Shown in pieces: positions 13,142 to 25,732 of a stretch of DNA of 64,000 nucleotides. Every line of letters begins with the position of its first letter. Within the stretch, counting starts at the first letter, position 1. The notes under the pieces are model-generated. The model searched no databases and was not told the origin of the DNA. It was given only the letters and a program-made list of their open reading frames with translations. A program made the translations under genes and the position numbers. Source of the stretch: Eledone cirrhosa (Eukaryota); the NCBI GenBank assembly GCA_964016885.1, contig OZ024743.1, positions 62,868,001 through 62,932,000 on the forward strand, given 5' to 3'.

Positions 13142-13337
13142 TGTGTGGGTGGGATGGGAAAGGTAGGAAGAATTGATAAAAGTAAATATTATTTGTAAAA
13201 CCAGTTAGCCATTATTCAACTCGACACCTAATTATATACAGATATAATTAGGTGTCGAGTTGAATAATGGCTAACTGGTTTTACAAATAATATTTACTTT
13301 TATCAATTCTTCCTACCTTTCCCATCCCACCCACACA

Positions 13338-13378
<41 letters not shown>

Positions 13379-13440
13379 CCATCCCATTTTGTAATCTTTG
13401 AGTACAAGTCAGACGCGCATACACCCAGAAGCAAATTCTA
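13023..13440. repeat. Large fold-back inverted duplication (215/199-bp arms, 4-nt loop ACAG)
   Basis: Unique parts of the arms match as reverse complements. Internal microsatellites differ: (AT)19(AG)9 versus (AT)8(AG)12. Confidence 0.95.
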
Positions 13441-13505
13441 AATAACTAAAACAAACTGAATAAACCAGTTTATTGCAAAATCCTTATTTAGTATTGTTCT
13501 ACAGC

Positions 13506-14950
13506 ACAGGTTCTCAACCGATCTAGACTAAACACCCCCTTTTGCCCCTCAAAATCTCGAAACGCCCCCTACCCTATTTTTCCATTTTTCAATATACTAC
13601 TGATTTTGATATCAGTAGATTACTAAAAAAATTGATTAACAATATTCCAAAGATACCATTATAGGCAGTTGAGAGTATAAATACATTCCTTGAAAGAAAA
13701 TATATAACTTTCAAAAAGAGGAATTAAGTGTTTTTTTTTATGAATAAGGACCAGTTGAATTTGTTATATTCCCACCAGGCGATACCAGCTATTTTGAACA
13801 TTTATACAAGAGCAACTCTGTCTATCCAAAGAAGAAAGTCGAAGAAAGTGGCAATTATATCATTTCAAAGCTTTCCAATTTTCCCTTTAATGAAACGGGC
13901 ACAATAAATGTTGACATCTAACTTGATGTTCCCACTGCTTTGTGAGCTTAGAGACAACGGAAGAAGGTTTTCATGACTACGTGGGAAGGCATATTTATTA
14001 GTAAATGGTAAAATATATACAACGAATGAGTAAGTGAATTGTGGTAGATGATTTCCAGTCCAATCAGACTGCAACTACAAATAAAAAAATTGTGAGTTGG
14101 CTTCGTAACAATAGCATATCCAAGTTTTCGGATAAATCGACTTTGACCTCATTTCAATGGGACCCTGAGCTTCATGGAGTCTAGCTAACTCTTTGACGTC
14201 AAGCTCGAGATCTACACGTGTAATTACACTGTAGCGGTTGTGAGCCTTACTGTGCAATCTGGAAAACCCCTCTCAACTAAGTATGAGCTTGGAAAAGGCA
14301 GATAAAATCTCTTAGCCTCTGCATGTAGGAGTGGAAATCAATGCTGAATTTCCTCTTGCATCCCAAAAAGGGGTTCACCTATTTTAGGAAATCTAATTTT
14401 GATCATGTCATCTGTTTGAAGTTCAATGAATTCTTCCTGAAATTTAATGTCCAAATTGTCAACATTAGCTATGAAGGGATCTGCTCTCCACATTGGGATG
14501 TCCATCTGCAAAAGGTTGACAAACCGTTCTCTCATGTTGTTTTATAGCCCACGGAGGTGAGCAGTATAACTTTGGAGTTGGTCATTGCTTACAATGTTTT
14601 GAACATTATAGAATTCCTGTCAACAAAGATTCCTTTCGATGACATTCAATTTGGCCAGGAATGTTTTCACAAAATTCCTTGCTTTAAGCAAGGTGATCTT
14701 CTCCCCCTGCAAAGCCATAATGAGGCTTTGTCGAAGATGTCGGTGAGGTAGGCTCAATCTTGCCTCACATCGAGGGTTTTCCTGTTGCGTCCTCAAAGAA
14801 AGTCAATGATAGAGTCGAACAGTTCAAAGAAGTGAGTAAGGCACTTGCCCTTTGAAAGCCACCTCACTTCAGTATGAAGGAGCAACTCGATGAATTCTTC
14901 GTCATTATCTTGGCAAAGTTGCGGGAAATTTCATTCATTGAGGGCATGGC
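13506..14950 (-). mobile_element. Degraded hAT (Charlie/Buster-type) transposase remnant with one TIR
   Basis: LLLHTEVRWLSKGKCL..FFELFDSI, AYLTDIF, WRADPF...FQEEFIELQTD. Terminal CAGGTTCTCAACC at about 13507. Confidence 0.8.
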
Positions 14951-14954
14951 AGGT

Positions 14955-17435
14955 CAATCCAGCTCCTTCTGCCAGTACAGCTTCCAAAGATAAGATCACC
15001 TTCTACTTATCAACACTTTTGTTTTAGCTATGTTCACTCTCAGGCTTCTTGATTCCAACTGCTGTTTCCATAGCCAGAATTTATTCTCTAGCTCCTCTAC
15101 TGATTCCGCTATAAGAACCAGATCATCAGCATAGAGAAGTTCCCATGGGCATCCAGTCTTAACCTCCTGTTATGTCTTGGAGGACTACAATAAACAAGAG
15201 TCGGCTGAGGACCGAACCTTGATGTACACCTACTTGTATCTGGAATTCCTCACTAAACGCCATTCCTATTCTCACTTTACTGACAGCACCCCTGTACATA
15301 GCTTGCACTATCCTCGCAAGCCATTCCTCTACACCTAATTTCCTTAGAGACCACCAGATGACAGATCGGGGTACCCTATCAAAGGCCTTCTCTAGGTCAA
15401 CAAAAGCTAAGTATAGTGGCTTATTCTTCTCTAAGAACTTCTCTTGTAGTTGCCTCACTAAGAAGAGGGCATCTGTTGTACTTTTCCCAGGCACAAAACT
15501 AAAATGCATCTCATCTAAATTGACCCTTTCTCTAATCAGTTGCGCTAATATTCTCTCTGGCACTTTCATAACCTGATCCATCAGCTTTATGCCCCTATAA
15601 TTGCTCCTCTCTAGAGCATCCCCTTTACCTTTGTAGCAATTTCTGAGAATACTGCTGCACCAGTCTTTGGGTATGACACCACCATATATAGCTTGATTAA
15701 TGATGCATGCAACTAGTTTAGTGCCTACTTCTCCTGATGCCTTCAGCATCTCAGCAACTATCCCCGGATAGTCCAGCAGCCTTACCATTCTTCATTTCCT
15801 TAATTGCCTCTTGTACCCTATATTCGTCAATCTCAATAGCTGGTCCCTCTGTTGGGTCTACTGGGGGTAATTCCTCTCTGTCCCATTCGTTCTCTACATT
15901 CATCAGTCTCTCATAATGACATTTCTAGGCCTCCTTCTTTTGATCATTCCGGACACATTTAGCTCCAACAACATCCTGATTCGCACTGACACACTGCCTT
16001 GCAATGCGGAACACTGCACGTCTCTGATCTTCCCGTTGCAGAACATTGGCAAACCTCCTACTCTCAGCCTCCCTGCGTGCTAAGTACACCTGACGTCTAG
16101 CTTCTCTCTTAGCGGCTGTGTATCCGTCTCTACTCCCACCATTTTTCCAATTTCCATGCCAGTCTTTTGTCTCTAATGGCCCTATCTACCATGCTGTTCC
16201 ACCACCAGGTTACTCTCTGCCCCAACCACAAGTTTCTTCAGTAGCCTGCAGTAAGTTGTCACGCAAGAAATTCCAGTTATCATCTATGTCATACAACTCT
16301 AAATCGTCTTCTTTTTCGTCGTACACATCTTGAAGGGCTTTCCTAAATTTGTATTTTAGTGAAAGGTCTTTTAGCCTCCAGACCTTTCTTTTCCACACCT
16401 TCCTGTATGTCTCATTCTTTCTCTTGCTTACTGAAATATCACTAACGACTAACCTATGCTGTGGGATACATTCTTCCCCAGGGTATGCCTTAGTATTTGA
16501 CACCATCTGTCTGTCTCGCTGTCTAACTAGCAAATCTGGCTATGTGCTCGTCAGATTTGTAGGTTATTAGTTGGTTGGTAGGCTTCTGGAAGTTAGTGTT
16601 GCAAATGGTTAGTGCATTTGCATCACAAAATTCAAGAAGCCTCACTCCTTCATTTCTTGAGCCGTAACCATGCCCACCATGTACCCCAGTGTATCCATCC
16701 TGGAGCTGTCCAACATGTCCATTGAAGTCCCCTGCTAGCATAACTATGTCTCTGTCCTCTATCATTGAGGCTGTCTGTAAAAGTTGCTCGTAAAAGCAGT
16801 CTTTCTATTCTTTACCTAGGCCTGCCTGGGGAGCATAGGCAGAGATGATTGTCAGTAGTCTCTTGCCTACAACTAATCTAAGCTTAATTATTCTATTACT
16901 AACTCTAACTACCTCTATTGTCTTATTGATCTATCTCTCAGCCAGTAATATATGCCCACCCCACTTAACCCACCCAGAAAAGCTTATAACTACGCTGTTT
17001 ACCTGTGATTAATCTTGCAGAGGCACCTCTCCATCTCACTTCTTGCACGCAGCACACATGCCTTCTCTCCAGATCTACCTGTTAGAGTGCCAACATTAAG
17101 TGTGGCAACTCTGAGATGCGACGTCCCGTTCTTTTTCCTGTTGTGCGATTGCTTAATGACGGTCAGAGGGTTCTCGCACATGGCCGCACCAGCCACCCCA
17201 CTACCGTGCACAGCCCTAACATGGTTAGTGTTATTGCTGTTGACACAGTTGTTGCAATTCTTATTTGTTGTGCTCATAATTTTGGCATTTATTATACTGG
17301 TTGGATGCCCTTCCTAACACCAGCACAACTTTACAGCACGGTAGAGAAGTCCCCCAAGTCCAGTAGGACAACTTCCCTAGTGCTTTTATTCATGCCACCA
17401 GCACTAGAGAGGTCGTCTTACTGGACTCAGGGGCC
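14955..17435 (-). mobile_element. RTE-clade LINE (5'UTR, APE, RT), 3'-truncated and decayed
   Basis: ATLNVGTLTGR, AGDFNGHVG, YKGKGDALERSNYRGIKL, AFVDLEKAFDRVPR, GVHQGSVLS, LLYADDL. Related to the element at 59724-62079. Confidence 0.92.
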
Positions 17436-17958
17436 CTATCCACATATATATACATATATTACTCTGTTACACTTGCAAAGTATTCAAAAATAAATAAAAT
17501 TGACACTAAACATAAATTTTAAAATATTTTTTATTAATTAATTCTATCATCAAACTATTGAAATAAAAACTTTTGAAATATTTTGAAAACAAATAAACAA
17601 AATAAAATACCTTTTTTCTTTTCATGCATTCTTCAGAAAATTTTGACTGGGCTTCATTACACAAGTGAGATTAGAATTTTTTACAAGAAACTAAGACATT
17701 TAAATTTTATTTTCCCTCCCTTTCAATTTTTCCTCAAATATTTTTGTTCTATGCAAAAATTATATCATAGATTCACAGTGAAAGCCATGATAGTATAGGA
17801 AAACTCGCCAACTACAAATAGTGACAACGAAGCCTGAACTTAAATTCCATGTGTATTTAGTATTTGTGTATTTCTTTTTTCTTGTTTGTACAACCAAATA
17901 TATACATATGCACACATACACACACACATAATATATATGTGTGTATATATACATACAT

Positions 17959-18005
<47 letters not shown>

Positions 18006-18206
18006 CATACATATGTTGTTGATGGCCGAGAGAAAAGAGTACTCAATACTGAAGTAGAATTTTTGTCTGATGGCCCTGTGAGAAGCAGGCAAAACTCTAG
18101 AGTAACAAAACTCACTATTTAGCTTTAATAAAAAGAATATATATATATATAAAACAACAGAAGGCCAGGTTGGAGATATCCTTTTAAAGTTTTAATATTG
18201 CAAAAA

Positions 18207-18279
18207 ACACTATACATATTTCAATGCCAAGTTACATACTCCAATCATGATGCAAGACCTTGGCAGCATTGTCAGGTGC
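18207..18279 (-). ncRNA. Degenerate minimal hammerhead ribozyme (PLE type)
   Basis: GCAC-CTGACAA-TGCTGCCAAG...CTTGGCATT-GAAA-TATGTA-TA-GTGT. Stems I and II pair; core G8 is changed to A. Confidence 0.55.
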
Positions 18280-18379
18280 AGATTGCATAATTAGTTAAAA
18301 GGAATTACGGCAAACACAAACAGAGAATATAAACTTGATCCAGAGATAGCTTGCAAAATTCAGTGTTATTGTTTCAGCG

Positions 18380-18417
<38 letters not shown>

Positions 18418-20500
18418 CAGCTGATGGCAACTTGCTTTTCCAGCTTCACACTATTTTATAAGCTATTATATAGTAGCATCTCTGCACATGAGCATATCAT
18501 TCTTATTATATATATATATATATATATAAATTCAAATTTCTACCAACATGAAGTCGCTTTTCCTACTGTTTAATGTAAGTGTCTCTTTTGTCTGTATTTT
18601 TAATAATACAAACTTAATTAAACTAGAGTGAGTGAGAAAACGACCAAGGCTATGTGAATTACACCTGACTAACTTCGTTCATTAGTTCACCATCATCATT
18701 TTTACGTCCATTTTCCCAGGCTTGTGTGTATATATACATATATATACACACACATATGCACGTGTAGAGCATTGCCCATGAGCTTGTAAAAGATGAACTG
18801 TTGACAAAGGACTTGCTATTGAACTGCTCAGCAGAGAAGGAACTTCCAATGAGGCAGGTAACAAGACCTGAACTTTCATATGGTTGTAAATGTTTGTCAT
18901 ACAAGAAACAACAGCTCACTGTTTGTTGTTAAGCTATACACACACAAACATATATATATACACTTTTACATTTGAAAGTAGTTACCATGAAGAACAGAAA
19001 TAGGCAACTTTGTAGTAGTGATGGAATGAAGCCTCAGCTTTGAATAAATGAGCGTTCATATACATACATATCTGGTGCTAGATGTGAGCTGTTCGTTTGT
19101 GTTTTTGGCACTTATTAAAAACAAAAAACATTCTTATGATAATGATTTTTAACTGGGGCACAAGACCAGTAATTTGGAGAAGGGAAAAGTCGATTACATC
19201 AATCTAACCCATGCTAGCGTGGAAAATGGACGTTAAACGAAGATGATGATGATGATGATGATCAATCTCCAATATGCGACTGGTACTTTATTTTATTGAC
19301 CACTGGTAGGATGAGAGGCAAAATTGTCCTCAATGGGATTTGAACTCAAAATGCTTACAACTTCACCAATCCCTTGCCTACAGAATTCTTGGCAGACCTA
19401 TTTTAGCTGCAATAAAGGGAGAAGCACCAAAGTCAATTTTTACCAGCTAGCTTGGGATGGGAGTTTTGATAAAAATGCTTAGTTGTTGAGATATCCCCTC
19501 GTAAACATTGTAGATCAGTGAAAAATTTGGAAGAATTAAGGAGTGGGAGAACACAGAATGTTGTACTTTCTAGAAAATACATAGACATTATAGATTGGTG
19601 AGAACTTTGGAATAATCAAGGAGTAGTGAGTACACAGGATGGTGTACTTTCTACAAAGTACAAAGGATATTGCACTTTCTACAAATTGTTTGATATTCCC
19701 AGAACGAAAATCGAAAATTAACGTTGGATTCAATTTACAGGTAAAAAAAATCCTAAACCCACTCAAATTTAGACTAGAAACATTCATGGGAATCAACTAG
19801 AGGTGGTGTTGGTTGTTGTGGGGTGGGGGGATATCTTACGATACAGAGTGATGATAACCCACATTGACTTGTTGATATCTCACCTACTGACTAGTTCTGA
19901 GTGAGATATCTGTTGGTAGAAGGAGAGAGAGAGCAAGTCTGTTAAGAGAATAACTCACCCCTCCTGGGAAGCAGTGGGTCTATACTATATAATATACATT
20001 CTGTAAGCATTTCAAGTCTGTTGAGAAAATAACTCCCTCTTCCCTTCCTGTGTAGTGGTGTAATGGAATGGTTTTGATGATGTGTGTTCCAGTTGTTCAA
20101 TCAATGGAACAACTGTTCCTTGTTAAAATTGACATGCAAGTGGCTGAGCATTCCACATGCGTACACTAAACAGAATTCTCAGGGAAATTCAGTGCATCAC
20201 AGTGTGTGACAAAGCTGGGACTTGGAATTACAAGTATAATCCATCTGAAAAACTTCCAAACAGTTTCCATTGTCCCAAGTTCATTCACAAGGCTTGAATC
20301 AACTCAAATGGCACTGGGATCAAACCTGGGACCTTATGATTGCAAAGCAAACTTCTTAACCATTTAGCTATGCTGCAGTTATTTGGATGTTTTTTCCATG
20401 TTAATAGCCACTTTGTAACAGAGTATTAACCACTGTTATGCAGTAGTAGTAGAGTTCATGGGATTATTATTGTCATTATAATAATTATTATTATTTCAAA

Positions 20501-20700
20501 GTTGGTAGACTGGCAGTATTGGTAAAGTTAGGACAAACTGCTTTGCCCTATTTAGTTAGGACTTTCTACATTCTGAGTTCAAATCCCACCAAGGTCAACT
20601 TTGCCTTTCATCCTTATGGAGTCAATAAAATAAAGTACCAGTCAAGTACTGGGGTTATCTAATCAACTTTCTCTTTCTCTTCTAAATTGCTAGCCTAAAT
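20501..20700 (+). mobile_element. Second tRNA-derived SINE family (MetaSINE-like core); other copies near 19150, 24810, 37630, 44720, 45100, 55640
   Basis: B-box-like GAGTTCAAATCCC followed by the recurring core TTGCCTTTCATCCTT...GGGGTCGATAAAATAAAGTACCAG. Confidence 0.7.
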
Positions 20701-22509
20701 TAGTATAATATCGCTTGACACTGGTTGAGTCCCTTTTCCAGCCAAATATGATTTGGAATGTTTATAAAAATTGTATAACTATTTAATCTTAACATTCTAT
20801 AATGATTTAGCAAGAGAAATCTAAAAATGAGTTTGTTAATTCAAATGTTTATAGTATCTTTACTAGTGGCAGTTCATTTTTAATGAGATGCAGTTATAGT
20901 ACTTTTCAAGAATGGCTTGCTAATGCGATTTCATGTGGTATAGGACGATAAGAATTAATGAATATCCATCAGCACTGGTTGATAGTCTAGCGCTTGAGTC
21001 TCTCAGCCAAATACGACTTGGAATGTTTATAAAAAATTGTAAAAACTATTTAGTGAATATAATTTTAAAAAAATGATATATTTGTATCAACGGCAGCAGC
21101 TGAATAGTAGAGTTCTTTGTATTAAGGAATGAGGGGTTGGTTTATTAAATGTAGAAGAGTGTGAAACTGCTCCAATTCTTTACAGTAGTAAAAGAATCCA
21201 CGAAAAGGGAGGTAAAAATCATTTAAATAAAACCTGTTTGTATTACAGCACATGAAGCAAAGGAGGTGAGATAATCTGTCATCTTACTGTATAAACCAAT
21301 AAATAAAACAAATATTAACTAAGTAATAAAATAATATATTAAAAAATGTTTTAATTATTAATATATATGTGTGTGTCTGTGTGTGTATACGCGAAATGCG
21401 ATTATATTTTAATGTCTAAGTAAACGTTTGTTAAAATATAACCTTTTCCTGAAGGGATTTTTCTTTTTTCTAACCTTCAATCCAAACTGGAAGACTGCAA
21501 GAGTTCCCTCCCTGCTTCCCAAATATATTTGTTTATCATGCTGACCAACAATCTTAATAAATAAAATTAAAAAAAAAAATATTTTCCAAAGACAGGATTA
21601 AAAAATGTTTTTCTTTTCTTTTTTAACTTTCAGTCGATTCTCGGTTAAAATATAAATTTTTTGCAATATATGTGAGATCGTCTAAAATTATTTCATGTTT
21701 AAGGGAAATTGTTTAGGATAAAGCCATTTATTATTTTACAATTAAAATTAACATTTGTATTTGTTTTGTTTTGTTTTTTTTGTGATGTTTTTTCTTCTTG
21801 TAATATAAAGATTAGTTTTAATGTATTAAAAAAAAATTAAATGAGTCCTGAAATTAATTAATGATTAATAGAAGTCTTCAGAAGCCAAGCACGATTAGAT
21901 TTTAAATTTTGTGATTTTGACAACTGATGAAGAAATAAAAAAGAAAAAAGTTAGAAGAAAAAAAAGGAATCATAGTGATGGTTGATGGTCATAAAATGTC
22001 CCGGGAGATGTTCTGGCAGCCTTGGAAAGCGATTTGTTTAGTTGATTTGCTTTGTTTTGTATTTTCTTCATATTTTGTATAATTGTATCACAAAATAAGG
22101 TGGTTTAGAAGAGATTTGGTTTATATTTGGTTTATAGTGCAAGCACTATTTGAAATGCCCTTTGGTGGGTCCATAGCCAGATTTTAGCAAGAGAACAGTG
22201 ACAGAAGAAAGCTGTCGAAGTGACAGCTTCAAAGAGGTTTTTTTTTTTTTTGTGACAACCCAGTTTGATAATGGTGTCAGCGCCGCCGAGATCAACAAAT
22301 GACAAATGAGGCACCTTGAGGTCTGCACTTGATTTTAAATGGTCAGTGGCTTTAATAAAAAAAAAACAAAAAAACTCTGGAATATAAAAGAAATAAAGAG
22401 AGAAAAAATTATTTACGATGCATTGAGCAATTCTGAATTTTAAAAGTATGAAAAATAGTTGAACAAGCCAAGCAGATAAATCCATACAAGCAGAAAAAAG
22501 AGGACAGTA

Positions 22510-23070
22510 TCATCATCATCATCACCGTTTTACGTCCATTCTTCCACGCTAGCATAGGTTAGACGGGTTGTCCTGTTGTGGGCAATGCCCGGTCGGCTCA
22601 CCGTGTCTTGCTCATACAGGAACTGATTCTGGCTCGATTTCTACAGCTGGATGCCCTTCCTAACACCAACCTCATTTACAGTGAGTGCTGGGTGCTTTTT
22701 TGCCGTGGCACCTCCATGACCACTTTGCAGTGGGAGGGGTGGGAGAATATTGTCTATATGCTTCAGCTTCGGTTTGTACCCGTGGGGGGTCGGGTCTTCT
22801 GTATTTCTGCGTGACGCCAGAGGTCACGGTCGTGTGTCATCGCCTTTGAGAGGCGCAATTGGGTAAGGTCAGCTTTTATCACCTCGTCCCAGGTCTTCTT
22901 GGGTCTCCCCACTCCGTGGCTTCCATCAACTTCTAGTGCTCTGCACCTTTTTATGCAACTGTCATCCTTCATACGCATCACATGTCCATACCAACGCAAC
23001 CTCCTCTCCTGCACACAATATTTGATTCCTCTTATGTTCAGTCTCTCTCTCAATTCGGTTATGCTTTATC
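22510..23070 (-). mobile_element. 5'-truncated RTE 3' end; other copies at 39475-39975, 57310-57580, 57955-58660, 62550-63030, 63110-63790
   Basis: LRERLNIRGI...RRLRWYGHVMRM...GRPKKTW...DRDLWR, then a 3'UTR ending CCATGCTAGCGTGGAAGAA..GACGTAAAACG(GAT)n. Confidence 0.9.
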
Positions 23071-25467
23071 ACCTGTGAAATCTAGTCTCTAAAAGTCTTA
23101 AGTTTGTTTTGAGCCCAGAGACTCAGCAGGCCAGTACTTATCTCAGTTTCTGTGCCATGAAGTGGCTGACAGTACAAGACTTCCCTTGGACACCAGTCCA
23201 TCACAGGGTTAAATTCCCAGCTATTGCTGATACTCATTTTCAACATGAAATGAAGTATTTTGCTCAAGAACACAACACTCAAATCAGTTCAGGAAGCGAA
23301 CTCATGACATTATGATTGTAAAGTCCAACACCCTTTCTATTCGGCCATGCCTCCCAACAAAATTGAGGTTTGTTAAAGATACTGTCCACTTTTTTCATCT
23401 CTAGAGGTTTATATGCTCAACTTGTTTGATTATTTTTCAGAGTTAAAAACTTGTCTTGTAGCAGCTTACAATAAGCTTACATACTTTCAAAATACTTTGT
23501 ATTTATTCAAATTTTCAAAATATGTTAAGCACACAAAAACTGCTGCTATCTTCACTTTACAGTTATCATATATTTCTGGGTTTCAAAATTTTTGTTGCTC
23601 TGTTTGCAAGCTGGTCACTCATCATGATTTTATTTAAGAAATATTTGTTCAATTATATACTCTGAATATCATCTTAAGATGAAAAAAATTATTTTACTAA
23701 ACCCTTCAAAAGACTTATTTAAAAAAATTGTGGTCAAAAACTGGTTAAGTACTGGTAACATATTGTGCTTATAGTTTAATTGAAATAGGTTTACGTAACC
23801 CTTTTGTTACCATATTACTAATGAAAGATACAGCCCATGAATTTCAAATACCTTTTAAAGTAATCAAGAATTTGGAAGGATTTAATAATATATCTAACTT
23901 TCTCATTAAGTTTGTGTTTGAAACAACTTAACCCATTCATGAGTGAATTTCTAATAAAATATACTGTATTTCAATTAACTGATGACAAATTTTTAAGGAT
24001 TTACTAAAATTATTAATAATTTCATTCCTAAAACAGTAACACAACATAAGATTCTTATATTCAAAAAATTTTGAAAGATTTTAATTTAAATAGGAATACT
24101 TTAAATGGGTGGTTTTGTTTCATAGCTGACTTTGGCTGGGGTGGTATCAATATGTTAAGAAAGGTTCTTGCATAAAATTATGATGGAAGGATTTTAGATA
24201 AATATCCTTCTATGCCATGAGCTCTTAACTACTGATGGCGTGTCACAAGGGCATCATCTTGGGTATTCCAACCTGATGGTGCACATCCCTCTCCATGTCT
24301 GAAAACAGCCAATTTCTTCCAGAGAAACAAAGAGAAAGAGATATAGAAAAAGAATCAACCCCAGTACTAAACTGACACTTTATTTATCAATGTTGAAAGG
24401 ATAAAAGGCAAAGTTGACCTCAGTGGGATTTGAAATTATGGGGCAGAGAGCTGGAATGAATACAATAAAAGATTCTTCTAATGACTGCCAATTAGATACC
24501 TATAAATAAATATAAACATTTTAAAATAAAAAAGTTTTATACTATAAAGCCAGAGATGGTTTCAGGCCATTTGATATTACCACATTTCTAAATATTTGGA
24601 GGGATTTGGTAAAATATACTTTCTCCTTATTTAACTAGTGTTTGAAGCATAGGTTAACAAAGGTTCTTACATAAAGTTATGATGGAAGGTTTTTAGACAA
24701 ATATAAAGACTTCAAAGCAGTTTTGTAACATAAAACTAGGGGGCAGTTTTAGGTAGTTCGATATCAAAAGAGTTAAAGACAAACAGAGAGTCAATTATAT
24801 AGATTATAAGGGCAGTGGATTGGCAGTATCGGTAGAGCGTCAGACACCATGCTTTGCAGCATAGAGTTCAAATGCCACTGAGGTTATAAAATAAAGTACC
24901 AGTAATGCTCTGGAGTAATTGCTGGCCTTGTGCCAAAAGTATAAACAATTATATAGACTATATTTACCCAAATTTTACTGTCACTGTTGCTCAGCTTGTA
25001 CACATTGACCATCACTTAGTTTCAATTTGTAAATCTGTTGTTTAGTGACTTCAATCTGAAAACAAGATTAAATAGATGAATTTAGGTTGCATAACAGTTA
25101 GATTTGTTTCAGCAGCAGACAGTGGTGAATTTTGGGAGTGAGGTCTGATTGAACTCTAGTAAGAGGCCCCACAATATTTAAAGGGCCTCAAATTAATTTC
25201 TTTGCTACAATAAATAGTATGCCAGGGCTCCATGCAAGCTTAATCTGACCCTGATATCAGGTGTTTAAATGAGAACAGCTTTGTTTAACATCCTGTAATG
25301 ATTTAGCAGAAAATACCTAAAAACAGGTTTGTTAATTCAAATGATTACAAAGTCTTTACTAGTAAACAGATTGCTATGATAATTTGCAGTATTAAAGTAA
25401 CAACTTTAATTTTTAATGTAATGCTGTTTTGTATTTTTCAAGGATGCTTTGCTAATGTGGTTCAATC

Positions 25468-25732
25468 AGGGTTGGATTTAGACCTGGAGATGGGGGGACG
25501 GGGGCACACTTCAGGTATGTGGAGCTCCTCATATACCAAAAATTAGAATATACAGCACCCCCCCCCCCCCAATTTTACATACAGGTATTAAATTCAAAAA
25601 TTCTAACCATCCTAAAACTAAAAAGCCCAGCTGAGGGTACAAATAAATTGCTACGGCTGTCGCTGGTGGGGCTCCTCCACTTCAGGGGGTGCAGGGGAAT
25701 TGCACCCTTTGCTCCACATTAAATCCAGCCTT
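25468..25732. mobile_element. PIF/Harbinger-like MITE
   Basis: Terminal inverted repeats AGGGTTGGATTTA ... TAAATCCAGCCT around a GC-richer interior. Related pieces lie near 25140 and 38073. Confidence 0.55.

Noticed and set aside
18768-18857. Possible plus-strand exon SIAHELVKDELLTKDLLLNCSAEKELPMRQ
   Set aside because: AG/GT-bounded, but with a poor pyrimidine tract, no recognisable homology and no partner exons.
21186-21266. Two micro-exon-like AG..GT segments on the plus strand
   Set aside because: They are separated by under 40 nt, there is no host gene context, and the pattern is plausible by chance.
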